Assembly: GCA_045807785.1 (NCBI GenBank)
Contig: JBJMGS010000012.1
Span: forward strand, 1,039-65,038
Source: Pyrinomonadaceae bacterium
GTDB lineage: Bacteria > Acidobacteriota > Blastocatellia > Pyrinomonadales > Pyrinomonadaceae
DNA length: 64,000 bases
Direction: 5' to 3'
This document shows positions 21,639 through 29,720 of the stretch, in pieces. A program made the position numbers and the translations under genes. The notes under the pieces were generated by a model. The model did no database searches. It was not told where the DNA came from and saw only the letters and a list, made by a program, of their open reading frames with translations. Numbering within the stretch: position 1 is the stretch's first letter; the number at the start of each line of letters is the position of its first letter.

Positions 21639-21658
21639 TTACGCTCTTGAGGTGAACG

Positions 21659-24070
21659 ATGGGCAACGTGTGGCAAGACGTTCGTTACGGGCTGCGGGCT
21701 CTGCGGAAGAGTCCGGGCTTCACGCTGGTCGCGCTCCTCGCGCTGGGATTAGGCATCGGGGCGAACACGGCGATCTTTTCCGTGATCAACGCGGTGCTAC
21801 TGCGCCCGCTGCCGTATCAGAACCCGGATCGGATCGTCACGATTGAAAAGGCTGATCCGGAGAAGGGCGTCCCTGGTATCACCTCCGTCCAGTATTTGGC
21901 CTGGCGCGAGCAGAATAAAGCCTTCGAGCAGCTCGGCGCTTTCAGTAACGACAACATCAACCTCACGGGCGGCGGCGAGCCGGAACGCGTCTCATGCGCG
22001 CTGGTCAGCGCCAACTTCTTCCCGCTCTTCGGCGTGCGACCGGCTCAAGGTCGCGCCTTCCTGCCGGAAGAGGACGCGCCGGGGCGCGACCGAGAGGTCG
22101 TTATCAGCCACAGCTTCTGGCTGCGCCGCTACGGCGGCGACCCGTCTCTGGTCGGCAAGTCCGTCACGCTCAACGACGCGAGCTACACAGTCGTCGGGAT
22201 CATGCCCGAAGGCTTCTGCTACCCCGCCGGTTATGACATCTGGATGCCGCTCGCCCTCAATCCCGCCGAGGAAGGCGCGCGGCGCATGACGCTCGTCGAA
22301 GTCGTCGCGCGCCTCAAGCCGGGCGTGAGCCTCGAAGGCGGGCGCGCCGAACTCGACGTGATCGGTGCGCGGCTCGCCGCAGGCGAGATGGCGGAGCCGA
22401 CGGAGCTGCGCGTCACCCCCTTGCAACAGCAACTCGTCGGGAGCCTCCGCCCCGTGCTGTTGGTCGTCTTCGGAGCCGTCGGTCTGGTGCTCCTCATCGC
22501 TTGCGCGAACGTCGCCAACCTACAGCTCGCGCGGACGGCGGCGCGGGAGAGAGAGTTGGCGATCCGCGCCGCGCTCGGCGCGTCGAGACGAAGGCTCGCG
22601 CGGCAGTTGGTCACCGAAAGCGCGGTGCTCGGACTGCTCGGCGGCGCGCTCGGACTCCTGCTCTCCGCTTGGTTCATCAGCCCTCTCGTCGCGCTCATCC
22701 CGGAGAGCATCGCCGGCTCGGTGCAGGGCGTCGGGCAGATCAAGCCCGACGCGGGGGCGCTCTGCTTCACATTCGCGGTGTCTTGCCTGACCGTGTTCGT
22801 GTTCGGCGTCGCGCCCGCCCTGCAAGGCTCGAAGCCGAACTTGAACGCGTCGCTCAAGGAGGCGGGCGGGGGGCGGTTGGCGCTCGGACGCGGCGGGCTG
22901 CGACGCGCCTTCGTCGTCCTGGAAATCGCCCTGACGTTCGTGTTACTCGTCGGGGCGAGCCTGCTCGTCAGGAGCTTCGACCGCCTCACGCACGTTGATG
23001 CGGGTTTCAACCCTGGGAACGTGCTGACGATGCGGATCGATCTGCCCCGCTCCCGCTACGCGCTGCCGGCACAGTCAAGAAACTTCTACCAACAACTCCT
23101 GGAGCGTGTCGCTGCACTCCCCGGCGTCCGATCCGCGGGCGTCATCAACCACCGCCCCTTCGATGGCTTCAGCATGGTCGCGCGTCTCGGCATCGAGGGG
23201 GCTCCCCCGGCGAGCGCCGAAGTCGAGCGCCCGATCCCCGTCGGCGTCGTCAGCCCCGACTACTTCCGCGCGCTCGGCATCCCCATTGTGGGCGGGCGCG
23301 GTTTGACCGGCGAGGACACGACGGACTCGATGAAGGTGGCGCTCGCCAATCAATCTTTCGCCCGGCGCTTCGGCGCGCGCGGCGATGTCGTCGGCAAGCG
23401 CGTCTCAGTGGGCTGCCAGCAACAGGAACTCTGTCGCACCATCGTCGGGGTGGTCGGCGACGTGCGGCAGGAGGGCTTGTCCAGAGAGCCGACGCCCGAA
23501 CTCTACGTGCCCTACACGCAAGGGCTCATCGCGGGGATGACGCTCGTCGTGAAGACCGACTCCGACCCGTCGGGTTTCGTCAACGCCGTGCGCGGGCAGG
23601 TGCTCGCGATTGACAAAGAGCAGCCGGTGTCGGGCGTGCGGACGCTCGCGCAGTACGCGGACGAAGCCACGGCGCGAACGCGCTCGCTGATGATGCTGCT
23701 GCTGGGGCTCGCGGGCTTGGCGCTGTTGCTGGCGAGCTTGGGCATCTACGGCGTCGTCTCTTACGCGGTGACGCAGCGCACGCGCGAGATTGGCATCCGC
23801 ATGGCGCTCGGCGCTCGCGCGGGCGACGTGCTGCGGCTCGTGCTCGGTCAGGGCTTGAAACTTACGCTGCTCGGACTCGCGCTCGGTCTCGCGGGCGCGG
23901 CGGCGTTGACGCGGCTGATGACGCGGCTGCTGTACGGCGTGAGCGCAAGTGATCCGGCAGCGTTCCTCGTCGTGACCGTCTTCCTCGGGGCGGTCGCCCT
24001 GCTCGCTTGCTACGTCCCCGCGCGGCGCGCGACCCGCGTTGATCCGATGATCGCGCTCAGGCACGAATAA
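21659..24070 (+). CDS. ADOP-type duplicated orphan ABC permease (last complete copy of the array)
   Basis: MGNVWQDVRYG start with GAGGTG upstream. Ends [11 protein letters not shown]-stop. Confidence 0.9.
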   Translation: MGNVWQDVRYGLRALRKSPGFTLVALLALGLGIGANTAIFSVINAVLLRPLPYQNPDRIVTIEKADPEKGVPGITSVQYLAWREQNKAFEQLGAFSNDNINLTGGGEPERVSCALVSANFFPLFGVRPAQGRAFLPEEDAPGRDREVVISHSFWLRRYGGDPSLVGKSVTLNDASYTVVGIMPEGFCYPAGYDIWMPLALNPAEEGARRMTLVEVVARLKPGVSLEGGRAELDVIGARLAAGEMAEPTELRVTPLQQQLVGSLRPVLLVVFGAVGLVLLIACANVANLQLARTAARERELAIRAALGASRRRLARQLVTESAVLGLLGGALGLLLSAWFISPLVALIPESIAGSVQGVGQIKPDAGALCFTFAVSCLTVFVFGVAPALQGSKPNLNASLKEAGGGRLALGRGGLRRAFVVLEIALTFVLLVGASLLVRSFDRLTHVDAGFNPGNVLTMRIDLPRSRYALPAQSRNFYQQLLERVAALPGVRSAGVINHRPFDGFSMVARLGIEGAPPASAEVERPIPVGVVSPDYFRALGIPIVGGRGLTGEDTTDSMKVALANQSFARRFGARGDVVGKRVSVGCQQQELCRTIVGVVGDVRQEGLSREPTPELYVPYTQGLIAGMTLVVKTDSDPSGFVNAVRGQVLAIDKEQPVSGVRTLAQYADEATARTRSLMMLLLGLAGLALLLASLGIYGVVSYAVTQRTREIGIRMALGARAGDVLRLVLGQGLKLTLLGLALGLAGAAALTRLMTRLLYGVSASDPAAFLVVTVFLGAVALLACYVPARRATRVDPMIALRHE

Positions 24071-24100
24071 GCTGAACCGTTTGTTAAGGAGAATTAAGTC

Positions 24101-25036
24101 ATGATCAGAAACAGACTGCTTCGCGCGTCGCCCAAGCTCGCGCTGATGGCCTGCGTCCTCGCCGTCGCGCCGCGACTTGCGTCGGCGCAGGGCGGGGAAC
24201 ACAACAACTGGACTTGGAACAACTCGGACGACGGCAAGAAGATCGAGGTCAAGGTGGATGACAAGGTCGAGTTCAACGACGACTACTCGGACGTGTCCGC
24301 CATCCCCTCGGACGGCGCGCTGCGGATTCTCGACAGCCGCGGCTCTGACACTCTGCGGCTCGTCGTCACGCGCGGGGCGGAGGGCGTGCTCAAGCGCGAT
24401 TATACCGTCAACGGCGCGCGCCGCGACTTCGACGCGCGGGCGCAGACGTGGGTGCGCGAGGTGCTGCTGCTCGCGGCGCGGCGTGGGGGACTAGACGCGC
24501 GCAACCGCGTCCAACGGATTTACACACGCGGCGGCACGCGCGCCGTCGCCGACGAGATCGGGCACATCGAAGGCGACTACGCGCGGCGCATCTACTTCGA
24601 CGAGTTCCTGCAGCTCAATGGTGTGAGCGACGCCGAACTGCGCGACGCCCTGCGCGACGCCGCGCGCAGTATCAGCAGCGACTACGAGCGCGCACAGTTG
24701 CTTCTTCACGTCGGCCCGATCTTCCTCGCCAAAGACGATCTACTCCCGACCTACTTCGACGCGCTAAACGTGATCAGCTCCGACTACGAACGCCACCACG
24801 TGCTCACCGGCGCGCTCAAGTCAACCACCTTGAGCAGCGCGGCGCTCGCCTCAATGGCCGACTCCGCCACGCGCATCGGCTCGGACTACGAGAAGGCGTC
24901 GTTTTTGATCGAAGCCGCGGGACGCTTCCAGTCGGACGCACGCCTGCGCGAAGCCTTCCAGCGCGCGCTGCAAACCATCGGCTCCGACTACGAGCGCGGG
25001 CGCGTCCAGACGAAACTGACAAAGTCGAACTACTAG
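24101..25036 (+). CDS. Secreted repeat protein of unknown function (34-residue SDYE repeats)
   Basis: AAGGAG lies 9 nt upstream of the ATG. Signal-peptide-like N-terminus (MIRNRLLRASPKLALMACVLAVAPRLASAQG). Four exact-period repeats (ISSDYERAQLL, ISSDYERHHVL, IGSDYEKASFL, IGSDYERGRVQ), each 34 residues apart, plus a degenerate IEGDYARR copy. Confidence 0.7.
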   Translation: MIRNRLLRASPKLALMACVLAVAPRLASAQGGEHNNWTWNNSDDGKKIEVKVDDKVEFNDDYSDVSAIPSDGALRILDSRGSDTLRLVVTRGAEGVLKRDYTVNGARRDFDARAQTWVREVLLLAARRGGLDARNRVQRIYTRGGTRAVADEIGHIEGDYARRIYFDEFLQLNGVSDAELRDALRDAARSISSDYERAQLLLHVGPIFLAKDDLLPTYFDALNVISSDYERHHVLTGALKSTTLSSAALASMADSATRIGSDYEKASFLIEAAGRFQSDARLREAFQRALQTIGSDYERGRVQTKLTKSNY

Positions 25037-25039
25037 ACG

Positions 25040-25189
25040 ATCCTTTCAGGGCTGTGCCTCGAAGTGGGCGATCCGGCGGCGCCCTCCCGGATCACGACGA
25101 CGCCCGCAGTGGTCGCCTTCCGCGCCCGCCCCGCCCTGGCAAGGGGCGCGACCAAAGTCGATCCGATGATCGCGCTGAGGTACGAGTAG
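25040..25189 (+). pseudogene. Relic of the 3' end of an ADOP permease gene
   Basis: The frame ending at TAG 25187-25189 reads [49 protein letters not shown]-stop. This matches the family end ([12 protein letters not shown]...[16 protein letters not shown]). The last-TM segment is degraded and there is no upstream coding body. Confidence 0.7.
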
Positions 25190-25277
25190 GTGCTACCTTG
25201 AAATATTGATTCGCCGCTCTAATCGGCGCGGCTACAGACTGGCCGCGCCGTGCGGGAAGACCATTCGCAAACCAGCA

Positions 25278-26654
25278 ATGAACACTTCTGAGAAAACCTC
25301 GCCGCGCATTCTCATCGCCGACGATCAGCCGGACGTGCTCGAAGCCCTGCGCCTGTTGCTCAAGCGCGAGGGCTTTCAGATCGAGTCCGTCACTTCGCCC
25401 GCGACGGTGTTGGCCGCGCTCAAGGCGAACGAGTTTGATCTGCTCTTCATTGATCTCAACTACACGCAGGACACGACCTCGGGCCAGGAAGGGCTCGACC
25501 TGCTGTCGCGCGTGCAGCAGGCCGACCCGACCCTGCCGGTCGTCGTGATGACGGCGTGGGGAACGGTCGAGCTGGCGGTCGAGGCGATGCGGCGCGGCGC
25601 GCGCGACTTTGTGCAGAAGCCCTGGGAGAACGCGCGGCTGCTCTCGGTGCTACGCACGCAGATCGAGTTGAGCCGGGCGCTGAGGGAAGGGAAGCGGCTC
25701 GAAGCGGAGAACCGGATGCTGCGCGATGGCGCGCCGACGCCCTCGCTCATCGCGCGCTCGCCGGCGATGCAGCCCGTCCTGACGATAGTCGAAACAGTCG
25801 CGCCGTCGGACGCCAACGTCCTCATCACGGGCGAGAACGGGACGGGCAAAGAGGTCATCGCGCGCACGCTCCACGCGCGCTCCGCGCGCGCCGCGAAGCC
25901 GATGGTCACGATCAACGTCGGCGCGCTCTCGGAGGGCACGTTCGAGTCGGAGTTGTTCGGCCACGTCCGAGGCGCGTTCACCGACGCCAAGACCGACCGG
26001 GTCGGACGCTTCGAGCTAGCCGACGGCGGCACGCTCTTCCTCGACGAGATCGCGAACGTGCCGATGCCGCAGCAGGCGAAACTGCTGCGCGTGGTCGAGA
26101 CGGGCGAGTTCGAGCGCGTCGGCTCGTCGCGGACGCGGCGCGTTGACGTGCGGATTCTGTCGGCGACGAACGCAGACCTGAAGGAAGAGGTGGCGGCGGG
26201 GCGCTTCCGGCAGGACCTGCTCTTTCGCCTGAACACGGTCGAGGTGCGGCTGCCCCCCTTGCGCGAGCGCGGCGAAGACATCGCGCTCCTCGCGCGCCAC
26301 TTCCTCGCGCAGTACGCCAAACGCTACCGCAAACCAATCTTCGGCTTCACCGAAGCGGCGCTCGGCGCGCTGGCGGCTTACGAGTTTCCGGGCAACGTGC
26401 GCGAGCTGGATCACGCCGTCGAGCGCGCCGTGCTGATGGCGCGCGGCGATCAGGTTGACGCAGGCGATCTCGGCATCGGCGACGGGCACGCGGCGCCCGA
26501 CCGCGCGCTCGAAGAGATGAGCCTTGATGAGGTAGAGTGTTTCCTGATCAAGAAGACTCTGGCGCGCTTTGACGGCAACGTGGCACTCGCAGCCGAGGCT
26601 CTGGGCTTAAGCCGCAGCGCGCTCTACAGGCGGCTCCAGCGCTATGGGTTATGA
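25278..26654 (+). CDS. Sigma-54-dependent response regulator (NtrC family)
   Basis: Receiver domain ([24 protein letters not shown]). AAA+ domain ([30 protein letters not shown]). C-terminal Fis-type HTH ([17 protein letters not shown]). The ATG at 25278 is preferred over the upstream ORF-track start. Confidence 0.88.
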   Translation: MNTSEKTSPRILIADDQPDVLEALRLLLKREGFQIESVTSPATVLAALKANEFDLLFIDLNYTQDTTSGQEGLDLLSRVQQADPTLPVVVMTAWGTVELAVEAMRRGARDFVQKPWENARLLSVLRTQIELSRALREGKRLEAENRMLRDGAPTPSLIARSPAMQPVLTIVETVAPSDANVLITGENGTGKEVIARTLHARSARAAKPMVTINVGALSEGTFESELFGHVRGAFTDAKTDRVGRFELADGGTLFLDEIANVPMPQQAKLLRVVETGEFERVGSSRTRRVDVRILSATNADLKEEVAAGRFRQDLLFRLNTVEVRLPPLRERGEDIALLARHFLAQYAKRYRKPIFGFTEAALGALAAYEFPGNVRELDHAVERAVLMARGDQVDAGDLGIGDGHAAPDRALEEMSLDEVECFLIKKTLARFDGNVALAAEALGLSRSALYRRLQRYGL

Positions 26655-28005
26655 GGGGCGGACGCGACGACCGCGCCAGCCCAGACTAAATTTCGATCAG
26701 CGCCTCTTCTGGCTCGCGCTCTTGGCGGGGCTGCCCGGCTCCGCGACCGCGCTCATCATGCTCTGGGCGGGCGCCTACACGGCGCGCGTCCAGTGGACGC
26801 TGACCGTCTTCATCGTCGGGTTTCTCCTGGGCTGCGCAGGCACACTGCGCGGTCGCGTCGTCCGCCACCTGCAAACACTCTCAAATATTTTGGCGGCGCT
26901 GCGCGAGGGCGACTACTCGATTCGCGCGCGCGGCTCTTCGCACGACGACGCGCTGGGCGAAGTGATGTTGGAGGTGAACGCACTCGGCGAGACTTTGCGC
27001 GAGCAGCGGCTCGGGGCGATGGAGGCGACGGCGCTGGCGCGCACGGTGATGGCCGAGATCGAGGTCGCCATCTTCGCCTTCGACGCGGAGAGCCGCCTGC
27101 GCCTGATCAACCGCGCGGGCGAGCGCCTGCTCGCGCAACCGGCGGAGCGTCTGATCGGTCGCGGCGCGGCGGAACTCAACCTCGCGGACTGTCTCGACGG
27201 CGCGGACACGGACGAGGCGCGCACGCTGCAAAAAACTTTCCCCGGCGGGACGGGTCGCTGGGGCGTGCGCTGCGGCACGTTTCGCGCGCAGGGGCTGCCG
27301 CACCAGATGCTTGTCCTCTCGGATTTGACGCGCGAGCTGCGCGAGGAAGAGCTCGACGCGTGGCGCAGGCTGGTGCGCGTCCTCGGTCACGAATTGAACA
27401 ACTCGCTGACGCCGATCAAGTCCATCGCCGGGAGCCTCGAATCGCTGCTCGCGCGCGAGCCGCGCCCGGCGGACTGGCAGGATGACATGCAGCGCGGGCT
27501 GACGATCATCGGCGCGCGCTCAGAGTCTCTGAGCCGCTTTATGCAGGCTTACGCGCGCCTCGCGCGCCTGCCCGCACCGCGTTGCCAGACAGTGAAGGTG
27601 GGCGAACTGGTGCGGCGGGTCGCGGCGCTTGAGACGCGCCTCAATGTGCGTGTGACGGGGCCGGACGTGACGGTCGAAGCCGACGGCGATCAGTTGGAAC
27701 AACTCCTGATCAATTTGATCCGCAACGCCGCCGACGCCGCGCTCCAGACGGGCGGGGGAGTTAGCGTCGGCTGGGAGAGGATCAATGCTCACCTCGATCT
27801 CTCGGTCGAAGACGAGGGGCCGGGGCTGCCGAAGACCGCGAACCTCTTCGTCCCGTTCTTTACGACGAAGCCGGGTGGCACGGGGATCGGTCTCATCCTC
27901 TCGCGCCAGATCGCCGAAGGGCACGGCGGCACGCTCAAACTCGCCAACCGTCGGCAGGGGAGGGGCTGCGTCGCGCTCCTGCGCCTGCCGGTCAAAGCCT
28001 CCTGA
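26644..28005 (+). CDS. Sensor histidine kinase (2 TM, HAMP, PAS, HisKA, HATPase)
   Basis: Overlaps the regulator stop by 11 nt. Two N-terminal TMs with almost no external loop. H-box LGHELNNSLTPIK, N-box LIRNAADA, G-boxes DEGPGL and KPGGTGIGL. Confidence 0.88.
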   Translation: MGYEGRTRRPRQPRLNFDQRLFWLALLAGLPGSATALIMLWAGAYTARVQWTLTVFIVGFLLGCAGTLRGRVVRHLQTLSNILAALREGDYSIRARGSSHDDALGEVMLEVNALGETLREQRLGAMEATALARTVMAEIEVAIFAFDAESRLRLINRAGERLLAQPAERLIGRGAAELNLADCLDGADTDEARTLQKTFPGGTGRWGVRCGTFRAQGLPHQMLVLSDLTRELREEELDAWRRLVRVLGHELNNSLTPIKSIAGSLESLLAREPRPADWQDDMQRGLTIIGARSESLSRFMQAYARLARLPAPRCQTVKVGELVRRVAALETRLNVRVTGPDVTVEADGDQLEQLLINLIRNAADAALQTGGGVSVGWERINAHLDLSVEDEGPGLPKTANLFVPFFTTKPGGTGIGLILSRQIAEGHGGTLKLANRRQGRGCVALLRLPVKAS

Positions 28006-28266
28006 GGCGTCGAACCCGTCACCGACCCATGATCGCCACGTCTGATAACGACTTGCCCCGCGTTTGCCCGTGGCGTGACCAAATAAATCTGTTGACTGTG
28101 CTGAGTCCAGTCTCTAACTTAAAGAGCGGGCTTATTCCTACGTCGCTCGAGAGAAGCCCCCCGCCTCACGCTTTAAGCCTCCGCTATCGTTCGTCGCCGT
28201 CCGTGAGTTCGCGCCTCGCCCAACGCGCAGTTCGTCGCTGCCCCCCACGTCAATGATCAAAGGAGG

Positions 28267-28710
28267 ATGAGAGCCGTGCCGCAAGTCGTCAACACGCTCG
28301 AAGAGAAGATGCGCTCGCTTTTGGTCGAGCGGCGCCGGTTCGCGCGCCAGCGGTTCAAGTGCGAGGTGCGCCTGCCGCTGGGAGTTTCGCTGCCGAACGA
28401 GAGGATCGATCCCGAATCGGACGAGTACCCGCAGCCGATCATGGGTCACACGCGCGACCTCAGCCTGTCGGGTCTCTCACTCGTCGTGCCCTCGACGCGT
28501 CTCGGCGCGGAAGACATCAGCCGCCGCGGCGCGCCACTGCGCCTCGTCCTGTGCCTGCCCGGCGGCATCATTATCGTCCACGCCGAGACGGTTCACTGCG
28601 AGCCCGCCGCGACCGACGGCACGCAGAGTGAGTTTCTCATCGGCGCGCGCATCCGACGCATGTTCGACGCAGACCGGCGCGCCTACGAGAACTACCTGCG
28701 CGCCCGCTGA
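28267..28710 (+). CDS. PilZ domain protein (putative c-di-GMP receptor)
   Basis: RRFAR (RxxxR) followed by DLSLSG (DxSxxG). AAGGAGG lies just upstream; the start may be GTG 28276 or ATG 28309 rather than 28267. Confidence 0.65.
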   Translation: MRAVPQVVNTLEEKMRSLLVERRRFARQRFKCEVRLPLGVSLPNERIDPESDEYPQPIMGHTRDLSLSGLSLVVPSTRLGAEDISRRGAPLRLVLCLPGGIIIVHAETVHCEPAATDGTQSEFLIGARIRRMFDADRRAYENYLRAR

Positions 28711-28756
28711 TGCCGTCGGGGACTTCTCAGTTCGTCGTGTCAGGAAAAGGATTCGT

Positions 28757-29518
28757 TTGGACGTCAGGGCGTATCTCGAACGCATCAACTACCGAGGCTC
28801 GCTTGAGCCAAGGGCAGAGACCTTGCGCGGGTTGCATTTGGCGCACCTGCTGACAGTGCCTTTCGAGAATCTGAGTATTCACGCGGGCGAGCCGATCATT
28901 CTTGAAGACGAAGCTCTCTTTAACAAGATCGTCGAGCGTCGGCGCGGCGGCTTCTGCTACGAAGCCAACGGCCTGTTTGCCGCTTTGTTGCGGGCACTCG
29001 GCTTCGACGTGGCGATGCTCTCAGCCGAAGTGGCGCGGGCGGGAGGCGGCTTTGGTCCGGCCTTCGATCATATGACGCTGCTGGTGACTTTAGAACAGCG
29101 TTGGCTCGTCGATGTCGGCTTCGGTGATTCGTTTCGCGAGCCGTTAAGGCTCGATGAGAGGGGCGAGCAAATCCATGACGGTCGCGCCTACGCCGTCCGT
29201 CCCGACGGCTCTTTCCTGGTGCTGTTGCAGCGAAGTCATGACAAAGGTGAGTGGGAGGCTCAGTATCGCTTTACTCTAGAGCCCCACGAGTATGCTGACT
29301 ATGCCGAGATGTGCCTCTACCACCAAACATCTCCGGAGTCGCATTTCACCAGAGCGCGTATCTGTTCGAGGGCCACAGAGGAGGGACGCATCACGCTCAG
29401 TGAGATGCGTCTGATCGACACCTCGCGAGACGGCGGGCGACAAGAGCGCTCCTTAACGAGTCCGGCAGAGTACGCACAGATATTGCAACACCATTTTGGC
29501 ATCGTCATGACGGGATGA
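28757..29518 (+). CDS. Arylamine N-acetyltransferase
   Basis: YLERINY...VPFENLSIH. Catalytic Cys context RGGFCYEANGLF, His context FDHMTLLV, Asp context WLVDVGFGD. In-frame TTG at 28757 follows AGGAAAAGGA; the ORF-track start at 28628 would overlap the PilZ gene. Confidence 0.8.
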   Translation: MDVRAYLERINYRGSLEPRAETLRGLHLAHLLTVPFENLSIHAGEPIILEDEALFNKIVERRRGGFCYEANGLFAALLRALGFDVAMLSAEVARAGGGFGPAFDHMTLLVTLEQRWLVDVGFGDSFREPLRLDERGEQIHDGRAYAVRPDGSFLVLLQRSHDKGEWEAQYRFTLEPHEYADYAEMCLYHQTSPESHFTRARICSRATEEGRITLSEMRLIDTSRDGGRQERSLTSPAEYAQILQHHFGIVMTG

Positions 29519-29720
29519 TGCGACCTGACGACGGCGCCACCACGGTTTTTCCACACGATCGCATTTCACTCCAAGCACCTAGTCTGATTCAAGGCGAATC
29601 CGATAAAAGTGACACCTCATTTCCTGCACACTGTCTGGGTCGGATAACGAATCTTATGGTCATATGGGCTTTGCGGGCTTAGTCACGCTTGCAGGGAAAG
29701 TCTGCAACTTGCGTGGAAAG

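Noticed and set aside
24448-25209. 253-codon alternative-frame ORF over the SDYE-repeat gene.
   Set aside because: Arg-rich out-of-frame translation. Its only value was to draw attention to the downstream sequence, where a different frame reveals the ADOP relic.
28006-28266. Sigma-54 (-24/-12) promoter near the NtrC-type regulator, kinase and PilZ genes. The loops of the heptad elements were also scanned.
   Set aside because: No TGGCAC-N5-TTGC-like match was found by eye. Only a weak sigma-70-like TTGACT-N17-TAACTT lies upstream of the PilZ gene, too weak to call.
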